A stretch of DNA of 64,000 nt from Mesotaenium endlicherianum (Eukaryota). The position numbers and the translations under genes are program-made. Below the pieces are notes generated by a model, which made no database searches, had not been told where the DNA came from, and saw nothing but the letters and a program-made list of their open reading frames with translations. Numbering within the stretch: the first letter of the stretch is position 1; each line of letters opens with the position of its first letter. Location of the stretch: positions 140,746 to 204,745 of the forward strand of contig WELA01002258.1 of assembly GCA_009602735.1 (NCBI GenBank), written 5' to 3'. Positions 10,481-23,560 of this stretch are shown here, in pieces.

Positions 10481-12880
10481 GCTGGTCTTTTCTATCGACC
10501 TTCGGAAGATGTTTGACTGGACACTGTTCTCTGTAGTGGCCCAATTGCTGACAATGGTAGCAAATGGATTTTGATGAGGCTGGTCTCGGCTTAGTCCTAC
10601 CGCCACCTCTTCCATGGCCACCTCGAGAGTAACCACCTCTCCCCCTAGATTGCATAGCATTATACTCATACTCGTACTCATCACCCTGATCATCCTCAGC
10701 CTGGTCTCCTCCAATTGCATTGTAGGAACCGTGGGGCTTTTTTACAATCTTAGACACCAAAGCTTTACTCTGGCGCTTGTGATTGAACTGTAACGATTTG
10801 AGCTTTTTAGGCGTATCTGGGACTTTTTCCCAATCACCTAAAATACGTTATACTATTTATCATAAGTTAATTGATAAAGAATTGCATCACATTGAATTAT
10901 TCGCCACACACGTGTGCGATGAATTCCCGGTCGATTGGCGAAACGACCGAGATCCTATTGCAAAAAGCGTCGTAACGTAATTCGACTAGTTCGCAAAAGT
11001 ACGACATAATTATTCATAAAGCTACTTTGAATAATTATGAGATGATAATTTAATTAATCATTGTTTGATTAAGTTATGTTGACTGTCATTATTACGAATA
11101 ATGGACAATCACAGGTTTCGGATTACGACTAGTCGTAATACGAAGAAACTAATACGAACAAACAGTCGTAATCATTAATACGAACAAACAGTCGTAAAGT
11201 CAAGCGAAACGAAATATGCGAAGTCGCTCTGCATCCGAGCGACTATCGTTTGAAACGTTCACACCTAACCGATTGGCCAAAGTAGCTTTTTAAACTACCG
11301 GTTCATGACCAAAGCATGTGTACGCGACTCCGTGATCAATCGCGACTTTTTCGGAAAGTCGCGAGAACGCGAAAACGCCCGTTTGGCGCGAAACGATTTT
11401 TCGGAACCCGTCGAAAAGTCTCCAAACGGCCAACTGCGCGTTTCGAGCATTCGGCCGAATGGTACACGTCCCTTCGACCGTTTTCGTTGAACATGAACCA
11501 GTGCCCTAGGTGGTGACTCGAAGCACTCCAGTGCCTCATGTTGTGCAGGTATTTATACCTGCAGAGTCATTGTGAGTGCAACTCTCACAAGCACACATTC
11601 TACGTTAGTTTTCACTTTCGCTCTTTCGAGTATTCGTCAATTTCCACAAGTATACAGGATTTCCTTCCACTTGAATTAAATATTCCTTGAATACCGAGGA
11701 AAGATCCTCTCGAAAAGCAGAAACGTCACATGAACTGCTGCTGATCCCAAGCATCAGCATCCTGGATCAAGTCAGCGAGTTTCTCATACTTCTTCTCAGC
11801 AAAATGACCAGAGACTTTGGATTTCAAGCCATACCTGAAGTATGCTATCCTATACCGTTCTGGCAAGTCTAACAGCTTCATCATGTTGTCTTGGAACTTT
11901 TGAGCAAACTCAGCATCTGAAGTGGTCTGCTTCAGTGTCAGGGAGATCATTGCATAGATAGCTTTCTCCTGCTAGTTGATGACATCAAACTTCTCATGCA
12001 ACTTCTCCACAAACTCTACCCACGTAGGGTCACCGAGTTGCTGAGTTTTACGCTCTCTTTTCTAGTATAACCACCAGTCTGCGGCACTGCCTTTCAGTAG
12101 CGCACCGGTGTGCCTGACCTTCTCGTAATCTTGCAGTTCTGGGTAGTTCTCCAGCCACTGCTCAACATCCGCGAGAAACTTGATCAGGTAATATTTTCTG
12201 TTTCCCTCAGAATCATAGTCCTGGGGAGGTTTTGGCTTGGGCTTACCTGGCCCTCTGCCACCACCACCAGTGGTTTGAGACCCCAGTTGGTCTCTGTCTC
12301 GCAGTAGAGACATTCTGATTCGTTTGTCCTCCTGTTGGGTCTGATACATGGTCGCCATTTGCGACTGCATTTGAACGAACAATGCTCCCAAGTCTACACT
12401 CTGGGGTAGTAGTCTAGCAAATGCAGCAGCAGCATTGGCATCTACTCGATGAGTAGTGTCCTCAACAGTCCCTCTCGCTCCTGCAACAGCAATTCCTGCC
12501 GCATTCAGCCGGTCACGTATTTGACCTAGGGGTACATTGAGTTGTACAGCAGGAGGTGGGTTCAGAACATTGGCCCTGGATGCCATAAGTTCCTCAACCG
12601 TACGCTCGTCAGCGGGCTGTCCTTCCCTCCTTTTTGTATCCTCAGCAGCCTTTGCTAATTGTTCAGCTTCTAATCTGGCTCTCTCCTCCTCAGCTTGCTG
12701 TGCTGCGACTGCGGCAATAGCAGCTGCCTCATCTGCAGCCTCTCTAGCTGCAGTATCTGCCACTGCTTCAGAATAGGTACGGGTTCCCGCTACATGGCTT
12801 TCCGCGTGGTTTTCCACATTCTCGTTATCCTGGTTCTCCATGTCTCGGGAGTTGCTAGTTTGAGACTTTGTCCTTACCAT
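10455..12880 (-). pseudogene. gag: gag of A1, interrupted by solo LTR E
   Basis: MVRTKSQ start; LKGSAADWW; CCHC knuckle CYHCQQLGHYREQC; in-frame stops near 12062 and 11972. Confidence 0.9.
10789..11730. mobile_element. Solo LTR, family E (942 bp, CpG-rich), inserted in A1 gag
   Basis: TGTAACG...CGTCACA termini; 5-bp TSD TGAAC at 10784-10788 and 11731-11735; gag resumes on both sides. Confidence 0.88.
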
Positions 12881-12901
12881 ACAAAGAAGACTGTGATAAC
12901 T

Positions 12902-12913
12902 GCTCCGATACCA
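12902..12913 (-). promoter_or_regulatory. Primer-binding site (tRNA-iMet type) of A1
   Basis: TGGTATCGGAGC on the minus strand, 1 nt after the 5' LTR. Confidence 0.9.
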
Positions 12914-12914
12914 C

Positions 12915-13326
12915 TGAAATGAATCGACTTACTAAATAGGNTAAATAGGCGATTAACAATTAATATAGATCTTTATATCAGCAAGTAATCTTTATGGTAA
13001 TTTTCGTTAACTGGTTAAACGGCAAAGGACAACACACTAGCAGTGAATAATAGGGATGTCATCTGACCATTCATCGAGCATACCATACTTAGATGCATAT
13101 CGAGGCAGTTTGCTGCTACCGAGTACGGAAGTCAGCTGGCTGTCAAAGAATGTGTCAACTAGCTGACTTAAGTTGACTTCAGCCTGCTGCTTCCGGCTGA
13201 GTCATTAAACTGATATTATGTATGATTTCTAGCAGATTGATTATTTACTAAAGTTCAGCAGGCTGAACTTAATTAACTATTATATTTAAATGAATATTAA
13301 ATCTACTAATATACAGATTCATTACA
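12915..13326 (-). repeat. 5' LTR of A1 with an internal deletion of ~300 bp
   Basis: TGAAATGAATC...GATTCATTACA. The junction gtgaataata|gggatgtc near 13052 skips the LTR centre seen in other copies. Confidence 0.88.
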
Positions 13327-14031
13327 GAAGGTGGACTTTATATTTTTCTAGCATTTTGTATGTATAGAGTGAGATTTTAGAAGAATTTTAATTTTTGTTT
13401 CAAGTCGTTTGGATAAGGATTGAGAAAGTTATAGGTTTGGAAATTTTCAGTGAGTTTTAAATGTCACATATTGAATTTAGTGACAAGGACAGATCTAGTG
13501 ACGAAAATTTCGGTTGGAGTCCAAGAAGTAGGACAATGAATCATGAGGATTCCAGAAAACTATGTACGATTACGTAGAGTGCCAAAGTGATCGTAAAAAC
13601 TCTAGAAGCTTCGTGAGGAGTTTGTGGATTGTGTAGTAGAATATTCTAGTGTGATTGTGTGCCTGTGAGTGTGCTAGCGTGTCCAACTAGGCAAGGTCAC
13701 CTACATGGAAGAAGCCATAGGAGAAGGTTCTGGAGGTACTTTGCTAGAGAGGACACTTAGAGTTAAAGCATAAATGGGAAGCACAAAGAAGTAGAGGGAG
13801 TCTAGTCTAGTCTAGTCTAACCTTCTTATCTTGTACACGACTTTTCTTAATAAAGTGAGTTCTTTTCCACTCCTCTCTCATGAAGCTCTCTTACTCTTAC
13901 AAGGGTGGCACACCACCAGGCCACTCCACCTTGTGTATGCAACTAGGAAAGGTCCTCGTGCATGCTTCCACTCGCGGGTGAGGGTGCTTGAGTGTGTGTG
14001 GGCGCACTCTTCGCACCTTTCTCCCCTTTCA
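13327..14031 (+). mobile_element. LTR-like remnant (family F), distantly related to LTR C
   Basis: Shares blocks with LTR C (gagaaagttataggttt, ctagagagga.cacttag) and the terminus cccctttca; AATAAA near 13849. Confidence 0.55.
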
Positions 14032-14224
14032 ACAGAGGATGGAGAAGTAGGAATCGTGAGGAACCCGGTAGGACAAAGCGTGTCGGTAGGACTTTTGGCT
14101 CGCAAAAACAAACACTATTCCAAACACTTGGAGGAGGGCTTCATAAACTCTAGTTGGATCCTCGAAAAAGTCGACATGCGAATAGATAAAGTTCTACCTA
14201 ATTCGGGAATCCATGCAGTATAAC

Positions 14225-14852
14225 GACTCAGCCGAGAGCAGCAGTCTAGTATTGGTCAGCTATTGGTTGAAGTCTACTATTAATCAGCTTGCTGACACAT
14301 TCTTTGATAGTCAGCTGACTGTCGTACTCGGTATTAATGAATTGCCTAGTTATGCATTTAGTGATATGCTAGATGAGTGGCCAGATGACACCCTTGGGGT
14401 GGATGGCGATGCGGAATGATGGCAGATGGCTGTGGATTTTCTTGACCGAGGTCCTACCGACGTGGTTAACTCCCGGGTAGGCGATGCCATCGCACTTGAC
14501 GTTGAACAGTAAACTCATTTCATGTACATAGGTTAGGTCATGCTCTTGAGTTCGGCATTTGGAAACAAGGCCAACTCTCTTGTACCGCTTACTGGGACTT
14601 GGGAGAGATCCGAATCCAAGGCAAAAAGCCATTGATACGACTGTCTTCTAACCTTGCTTATGTGGGAATTTGCTGATTGCACGATTGATGCTCGTTTACT
14701 TGCATTTGACTGGTGAGTATTGTAAAGCTAGCTGTGGAGTCTTTTGCTGATTTCTAAGTAAGCAGGACATACCATAAAGATTACTTGTTGATATAAATTT
14801 TAAAGGTCTTTAATTTATTGTTAATCGCCTATTGATAAGTCGATTCATTTCA
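14225..14852 (+). mobile_element. Diverged, 5'-truncated family A LTR
   Basis: gactcagccg...gtcctaccgacgtggttaactcccgggtagg...aagtcgattcatttca; not followed by a PBS. Confidence 0.85.
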
Positions 14853-15436
14853 TGACCTACCAATGTGAGAAGAACGTCCTTAGGTGGGTTAGCGATGTTA
14901 TGGCGGGCTTTGGTAATGAGACACTACCTATGAACGGATCCGTTGCGAATGAGGCTATGGTGATGCCTCACTAGGAAGAGTGAGGTAAACAAGCACGATC
15001 GTACAAGGAGGCCGGGAATAAGGTGTCAAAGAAAGTCATTATAGAAGCATGAATCGACATACAAATGCCAACACAGTAACAATGTTACCTCGCTACCTAA
15101 ATAGCATGGCCACGGGTGGCCAGCCCAACGTTAAAATGGTATTGAATGAACCTACCTAACTAAGTGACACGCTAATGCATCATCTCAAGAAAGGGTGACT
15201 CACTAACTAGAAATGTAATCAATGACATAAATTGAACTGGGACGTGCAAACCCGTACGACCACCTACTCTTTCGAACGTACCCATACACTCCCAAAACCC
15301 CTAGCAATCTCGTGGGCACATCCGGCGAGATTGCCTAAAGTACATGACGTCCAAGTCATGGGCGACTACAGCTCCCATTTGGTACCAGCGCCGACCCATC
15401 AAGGGATGGAACTCATGGGTCGACCTTTACACGTGG

Positions 15437-15938
15437 TGTAGTGAAACAGATAGATAAAGTACTTAGTAAAATAGAATACTTTATCTATCCAAGACGAGGA
15501 TCTTTGAACACAAGTGGTAGCTTCTTGAAGAGAGATGGCTTCTTGAAAGACAATATCTTTCTGGAATTTGGCAAGTACAAGAGTAAATCTGAAATGTCTT
15601 TCTTTGTTCTAGCTCTTGTTTATATACTTGCTACATAAGTAATTTCTAAGAAGGTGCATGTTGATATGTTGGCACCCAACACATCCAAAAACTTGCCACC
15701 TCTTTCTAGAATACTGTACACGTGTTTCTTTGACCTAAAAATGGCACATATGACTTTTGCCACATGGAGTTCTTCTAGGTCCTTCCTCTACCTTTGAAAA
15801 TGCCTTAGAAGATTCAAAGGACATGAACCGAGTCACTAGAGAAGCTATTCACACTTGACTCCACACAATACTACTCCAAATATATTCAAAAGCATTAAAA
15901 TATATGCAAACTAATATATTATAACTCAAATCACTACA
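15437..15938 (-). mobile_element. Solo LTR, family B
   Basis: TGTAGTGA...TCACTACA termini; TSD CGTGG at 15432-15436 and 15939-15943; homologous to 39221-39723. Confidence 0.95.
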
Positions 15939-16185
15939 CGTGGGGGCGACAGAACCACGTGTGAAGGTGAGGGGAAGGCGCTGAATCAAGGCAGAACCTC
16001 ACAGCTGCTCAATAGCAGAACCTCGTGAGCGATAGGTCCAAGTGTTTGCTGTAGCCGTTTGTGAGCTAGGCCGTCCTCACCTACAACTCTAATCCGACTA
16101 ACCACTAACCTATCAGCACTTACCACCCCTGACCACTGTGACCAGACACACCCACACACAGAGGACCTGACAGCATCAAGCACGA

Positions 16186-16188
<3 letters not shown>

Positions 16189-16256
<68 letters not shown>

Positions 16257-16673
16257 NNNNNNNNNNNNNNNNNNNNNNNNNNNNNNNNNNNNNNNNNNNN
16301 NNNNNNNNNNNNNNNNNNNNNNNNNNNNNNNNNNNNNNNNNNNNNNNNNNNNNNNNNNNNNNNNNNNNNNNNNNNNNNNNNNNNNNNNNNNNNNNNNNNN
16401 NNNNNNNNNNNNNNNNNNNNNNNNNNNNNNNNNNNNNNNNNNNNNNNNNNNNNNNNNNNNNNNNNNNNNNNNNNNNNNNNNNNNNNNNNNNNNNNNNNNN
16501 NNNNNNNNNNNNNNNNNNNNNNNNNNNNNNNNNNNNNNNNNNNNNNNNNNNNNNNNNNNNNNNNNNNNNNNNNNNNNNNNNNNNNNNNNNNNNNNNNNNN
16601 NNNNNNNNNNNNNNNNNNNNNNNNNNNNNNNNNNNNNNNNNNNNNNNNNNNNNNNNNNNNNNNNNNNNNNNNN

Positions 16674-16720
<47 letters not shown>

Positions 16721-16935
16721 AGGGGGGAGATGGAAGAGGAAAAGAGTGTGACGGGGATGTGAACACTCTTTTTTTTGATTTTTTTTGTGTGTTTTTGTAT
16801 ATAATGCGAGTTTGCAATTGAGTTGAGAATGCATGGTCACGAATAAGTTTTGTTTTCTACTTTACATATTGATATTTGTACCTTAACGTATAGTAAACTC
16901 CTATGTATACTATGATTGGCAAAAAAGTGATGTGT
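16189..16935 (-). repeat. (GA)n microsatellite spanning an assembly gap (N 16257-16673), plus the second copy of the microsatellite-associated repeat
   Basis: GA repeats flank both sides of the gap; 16715-16935 is an inverted homolog of 1-230. Confidence 0.8.
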
Positions 16936-18827
16936 TGGATATTGGCGATTCGTATTTTGTGAAATGTGGTGATTTGTGAAATGATTCACCTCACATATTT
17001 TGCCATTATAGTAGAGGATAATGTGATGATTTTGGGTGATCCATTCACCACTTTGAGTTGATTGTCGTTTGGGACGACCTGCATTGAGATATATGTTGAT
17101 GATCGTTGATGAAATTGCAAATGGTAACGTCAATATTGACAAAATACGTCGTTTTTCTTTTTTATAACAAATTCTTGTGGTGTCTTTCACAACTTTAATA
17201 TAGAAAGTGCATTTGGATGATCAATATTATGGGTTGGCAAAGTAAATTGGCCCTTTTGGTGGCTTCAACCAGTAACCGAGATGTTCAATATCTGTTCATA
17301 GTATGGAAGAAAGTTTGAGGTGTTGGTGACGTTTGCAGTGTCCAATTAGTGTTCTCTCTGCAAGTACCATGATATTTAACAATTGGAATGGCACCTCCTC
17401 CTTCAATGATGACCACAAGTAAGTTTGGTCAATTATGCCCCTATCTTAGATTCTGTATGAGAATCTCATTGTAATCTCATTTTTTCAATACAATGATATG
17501 GAAGTTTTATATGCACTTGTTATATAGTTTATGCTTGGTTGCATATTAACCGGAAATTTGTACTTTCCACGCTTGAGCGGACGTCGGTCTCTGGACTTCG
17601 CCACACGCTTCAGATGATGTGTAACACGCTTGCACGTTTTCTCCCGTCGCGACAGTGACGGGTCCTGACGGCAGTCCCCGGTTAAAGGTCTCTCGTGCTT
17701 GTAACGACCACGATTGACCACGATGCCTTTCGTGCCACGGCTGGACGCACGCTTTTGAACAATTTTGGTCAAATCGGTCAATTGCTCGTCGCAGCTCGTG
17801 ATGTATGCCGTCCGCTGGAGAGCGAGAGGTGCGAACCCTTGCATGAGTCGAGTGGGCAGCATGGCGACTGGAAGGAGGTAGGAGGGGCAGCGACGATTTT
17901 GAAGGTTTTTAGCGGGGGATTCGACCTGAAAAAGGGAAGCGGTTCGTCGGAGAAGCAGCCCACCTGAGCTGATCCACATCCTTAACACCAGGCGGCTCCC
18001 AAACTCCTGTGAGCGGAAGACTATATGGGTACCTTGCTTCGGCGGGCGCAGGTCGTCCCGAGGGGGCGTCGGTTAGGGTAATACGAGACCATATCACTCT
18101 TCGAGTCAACCTCTTACGTCACAAATGTGGAGTGGAGTCCGGACTCCGGACATCGAAAACTCGCATAGCAGTGGTAACCGCCCTTGTTGCTCTCTCACCG
18201 CCAAGATGACCGCTGAACGCAGTTATTATGATTCTTGTCAACGACAATTGTTGACTCAGCTGTTGTCAGAGACGTCTCATAGAGAGGGTTCTCAGCAATT
18301 GGATATCGAGGTCTCTGAGAAACAACGACCAGGATACTTCGAAACTGTGGGGGAATGCTCGGAGCCCTTTGAGACGACGCTCGAAGCCACTCAAAGCAGC
18401 TCAACGCGTTTAGGAAACTGACAAGATCCACCCTTGCACTGCTGGTTGCTAAAGTGGTCAAACCCGGGCTTCTCGGGATTTGAATTGGCAAGTAGTACAG
18501 GGTGGTACAGGGTCGCCGAGTATATCAAGTGCCATCCCGGCTGCAACCAGCGTCAACAGCAGAATCAAGACTGGTGGTCCTGGACCGGGAGCGTGAACCC
18601 GAAGTGTCAAGACAGGACTAGAGCAGACCAGAGGTGTAGAAGTGACTCGAGGGGCAGAGTATAGAGGAACAGTAATAGCCTATTATTGGAACATTAACAG
18701 CACCTGTGGGAGTGCTCAATATCTGCACTAGCCTCTAGGAGTTGGAAGTCTTCGAGCAGCTGGAGCACGCTTGCGAAGCCCGTCCAGTTATATTTTGTGA
18801 CGCTTGAAGGGTGCTCGTCAAAGCAAT

Positions 18828-21153
18828 ATGGCTCACCAGCAAGGTATGTTCTTTTTCCAAGTTACTACTTCAAGTGGTTTCAAAGCACTGGCAAGCGCAT
18901 CGTCTTTGACGGTCGTATAGCAAGTTAGTGTTGCTAATTTGAGTCAGAAGTACCGCGAGCTATATCTGCTCGGTCTTTGGTTGTGTCCTGTTAATTATCC
19001 TGTATCGGCTGCAAGCTTCAGACATTCTTGACTTTGGGAGTTCGTGATGCGCCGATACAATGTCCGTTCAGGGTTTGGAACTGAATAAACTAGGCCTCTT
19101 ACCATGTTTTTCAGATGCTTATAGAGTAATTGTCTTGGTCGTTTGCTGTAAATGTTACCCTTCAATGCGAAATAGGTCTTCCTTGCTAAAGGTGTAGCCG
19201 TGGGTGAAGCGTTAATTGCCCCTGTGTTGTAGTCTCGCTGTTAAATAGACGTTGTCAATGAATTATGTCTTGTACTGCCATATCCTGCCAGCACGCTCAG
19301 TCGTAAGGAGGCACTTGAATCTACCATGGGTACATGTCTATTATTTACACCTGCTCTTCTGCAATACTGGAACTTAGGAAGTCCTTCCAATATGTAACAA
19401 GTTCATGTTTGCTATCATCTAAGCCCAATTACTTGGTTTTCTTCCTATTTTTTTGTTCAGAGGGTCATCCTCCCCAGGGTTACCAGCCTCAGTATGCACC
19501 ACAGCAACCCCAATATGCTCCACAACCGGTACCTCAAGCCAACGCTCAGCCTTTTCCTGGTTATGCCATCCGACCTCCCTTCATGCCTCCCCAGCCAGGT
19601 CAAGTGGTGGTTTCCTACGAGATCATCCAGCCCGAGGTAAGCTACTCATCCGTACGTCGATCCTTATTCATTGATCTGGATTCCTAATTTCAATATTAAA
19701 AGTGGCTTTGGAAGCACTATGTATCATATTGAGTTACGAGGATGTCCCAATATTCCAAGCATGAGAAGCTTCGTCATGTGTGCGGTTCCAGCTAGGTCGG
19801 TCGTGTACATTACTGCTGAATGTATTTAGTAGTGAGAGTGTTGAACTCGTCTGTCAATCCCTACGTAATCTCTTTCTTCTCAAAGTATGCAAGTGCATGC
19901 TCTTTTATAGTTTAAGGACATCTTTTGTCTTTTGTCTGCGGCCAGTCTTTTGAAACGATTTGAGAGACTCACGGCCATGCTCCCCTCCCCGTGCCCTCAA
20001 ACTGGTAGTGTCTCACTTGTACCATGCTATTCTGGTGATGGTGCGGCAGGCTGGCTGCTGCAAGTGTGATGGACTGTCACCCCTGGGACTCGTGAGCATA
20101 ATCGTTCTCATTCTTGTCTTCTGGCCCTTGGCTTGGATCCCTTGCCTCATGCCGGAGTGCTTTGACGTAAGTTTCTGCTGCCTTTTCCCTTGTGCATGGC
20201 CTTTTTCCAGTGTTTGATGATTGAGGGTGAGATGGCCAGGTTTCTTACTGTAGTGCTCGTAGAGTTTAATAGGAATTTATATCACTTGAGATTTGGGCAA
20301 GACCAGGACTCGCATATACGGTGATGTTGTGACACAAATGAGAACCCGTGTGGAAGATACAGCGATGTTGCATAATATGATGGAGGGGGCGCTTGCTTGC
20401 GAGGTGCAATGGGGAAGGGAATTATAATGAGATGTTACTTGTGCAGTGCTATTATAACTGGGACTTGAGTGGAGACTGCTGTATTGCTGACAGAAAAAGG
20501 GGGGAATTTTACGTCTGAGATTGGAAACGATACAGGGGGTATATCTGTAACAAAGTTGTGCTGCAGTTCATAGTATGGTAAAATGATCTGTCAGTACTTG
20601 ACCCTGGAGTCCGAGGATGAGCCTTGTGCTGGGGCCCCCTTGAGCCTTTACACCCAGCTTCCCACGCTTCTCTGCCAGTTCAGAATTGCACCTACCAGAC
20701 CAGAGTTGTTGATAACTGTGGAGCCCCAGCAAGGTTCATTCTATATGGTCTTAGATGCGTCCCATCACCAGCCCCTCACTCTGCAGCCATGGTGCGGGGG
20801 TGGTAGCACGGCATGACAACTGGCGTAGATTGGTTGAAGTAGGGGGCTGAAGCAGTAGGTCATTTCTAGTCTGGGTATCCTCCATATGCTGTGCCACTAG
20901 GAAGGGGGATCATGGTTGATGTGCATGGCTGTGTTGTGCGTGAGTATTGTGTCACAACTCTCTTGTTAAGCTTTATGGTACCCTGTTATGTGATTGATTT
21001 TGGAGTTGTTGCCTCTCTTGTGCTCCCTTCTTGTGCTGTGTGCAGAAAGTGCAAAGACCAGTGTATGGTTACCCACAAGGGGGCATGCCTGCTGGACAGC
21101 CACCTCCCATGTATGCTCCCCCCACTGGTGCACCGCCTCCTGCCTACAAGTAG
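18828..21153 (+). CDS. Host gene 1: 138-aa Pro/Gln-rich protein with a Cys-flanked hydrophobic segment (LITAF/BRI3-like layout)
   Basis: Exons 18828-18843, 19461-19636, 20050-20166, 21046-21153, all GT-AG and in frame: MAHQQEGHPPQGYQPQ...GQVVVSYEIIQPE|AGCCKCDGLSPLGLVSIIVLILVFWPLAWIPCLMPECFD|KVQRPVYGYP...APPPAYK*. Confidence 0.85.
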
Positions 21154-23560
21154 AGCTGGAATGTGAAGGTCTCATGACTTCTTTGGATTGCACTGTACGG
21201 ACAACGACTACCCATTACAATAAGAAGAGCTATTCCTGAGTGCTTCTTGCGCTCGTTATTGTGCTGATGGTACATTGACAATATCACGACCGCTTGAAGT
21301 AAGGTCCCTTTTTGGACTAGTGCTTTTATGGAGTTATGGAGCTCGACACATTTGCACTGTGTCTTTGTACGACTTGCAGTCTTTCTGGTGTTCATTGCAA
21401 ATTCTACATCATAAGGTTGATGGCAGGTCTCTGCCAGATGGCATTCATAAGAATATATACAGGAGGACTTGATATAATGAGGTGCAATCGAGTTTGCCAT
21501 TCCCACACTAGAGAGTAGATGCTAGACATACAATACCCTTATAGTAAGTACCCATGATCTTATTAAAGGGTTGATTGCGGTTTGGCGTACAGTGGGGTTT
21601 ACATACTATGGAAGTAGTTGCTAAATTATGAGCCGGTGACTCTGAGCATAGGGCATGATTGTTGCATCATAACAGCATGCACTATAGGTTGTAAGGATGA
21701 AGTTTGAAGCTTGTACTCTAAGTGGACATGGAGCACTTTTTAGTGATGAACTATGACTTGTCCGAAGCGCATTTGTGCTTTTGGCTCTCTGAATGATATG
21801 CTAAATTGAAACGATATATTAGGTGTCATCAATATTGTCTTACTGAGATGTTTGACATGCGCCTTGCCTATGTCGTGACTTCACAATGCAACTAGGTTTA
21901 GTCCTTTAGTGAGACAAAGGCATTTTTTCAATAACTATGCTTGGAACGAATGCGTGCTACAAATGCTTTGTGGATGTTGGAGTTGTAAGACAAACATCAA
22001 AGCTTTTGTCTTTTGTAGAATGGATGAGCAGGGCCCTCTCTCATCTAGACTGCCATACTCGTTTGGCAGTGTGTCCTGAAAGTGTGGCGGAAGTGTGCTC
22101 TGTCTTCTACTGCTCCAAAATCTTGTACATCATTGCGTCGTCTTGACATTCTCGCCTTTGTCCAGGCATACACTAGAGCCATACTCAACTAATGACACTC
22201 TTGACGTTCGTAAAGATCAGTGTAAGGTGGGCCTGGGCGATGTGCAGATTCTTAAATCCGTTCTAACACCAAAGAAACCACTTGCACGATGAGTTTCGCA
22301 CACTGACATCTCAATAATGGTGTACGGAGGGTTCATAAATGTGGAAGAATTAGCATACTAAACGATAGAAAAACTGAATCCTCTTCTTGCCAATAGGACC
22401 TGAACTGACCTAATTTGATACTGCCTTCCTCCATGGTGAACATACCGTTGTGCTCATAAAAGAAAACCTCATATCTAAGTAGTGATGGAAGTTTGGGTCG
22501 TATTTTACACTACGTCCCAATGGTCACTAATGGCGCTTCATTGGATGCCACAAGTTTTGCTCATTTTCACTCTTCAGCAAGTCACTTCACATATCAGTTC
22601 TTTCAAATGCTTCGAGGGCTTTATTAGCAAAGAAAGACATTTGTCTGGACCAAAGCAGTATGTGCATTGTGAACCATGTCAGGCTGAGTGCAATCTATTG
22701 CTTTTAGATGCCGTGTGGAGCTCATGAAGTAGCCCCATAAGTCAGTATCATCAACAAGTGGAACCTGAAAATAAGGAGCGCAATTGTACCATCTCGGGCA
22801 GATCTGGGGCGGAAAAACAGCAGTCAGTAGAAGCCATGGTCCAAGGGGGAGGTCGAAAATTAAGGGCGACTTTTACCGACGACTTGATATTTCACACCCC
22901 AAATCCCACATTCTCGCACGAACTCTTTTCAGGGCAAAACTCTGTAGGTCCCGTAATAGTAGGACGTGTGCTATTTCTGAGTGTCGAGGGAGGGTATCGG
23001 TTAAGGGCAATATTTGGCTGTTATACGGGCTGATAGTACTGGATATTACCCCCCTCGGATGTTGTATTACAACAGAGTCAGTTGTACCTTGCGATTACAG
23101 AGCAGTCAGGAGTCAGGACTTAGAGTGGCAGCGAGCTTTATTGAGTACACGGCAGAACGTGGGAGCTGCAGATATATGAACCAGTATAACCTGGTATAAC
23201 TGAAAATGACATCAAGTCCAGAAAGTCAAATCACACGCTCTCAAAACAATTGTGCTCAGATTATTGACTAATAGTCTGCCACACGCTTTTGTCAGTGGCC
23301 AAACTTCCGACGCATTCCGGAGGTTTGGTCTTCGAACGATTTTGTGCCCGAGACATTCCAGAGGAGTTACGTCGACTTTCGTCACATGCTATTTAATGCG
23401 AGGACTTTCTTTGGAGACAGCGGAAAATTCTGGTGGACGCTACTTAGCCTCGTTTCTTGTAGTCGCATTCTGTTCCTGAGACTGTCTTTGTGTGTGTCTT
23501 CGATTATCGAAAGTCTCGTCGAAGGAAAATCATCACTTCTTAATCCAACTTGTCAGTAAT

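Larger units (their letters stand above)
2843..13326 (-). mobile_element. Ty3/Gypsy chromovirus element A1 (decayed; 3' LTR truncated; carries ORF3 and two nested solo LTRs)
   Basis: 5' LTR 12915-13326; PBS 12902-12913; gag-PR-RT-RH-IN-chromodomain order; ORF3; PPT next to 3381; 3' LTR about 2843-3380. Confidence 0.93.

Noticed and set aside
12931..12950. Short duplication taaatagg-n-taaatagg in the A1 5' LTR
   Set aside because: It flanks a single N, so it is most likely a contig-join artefact.
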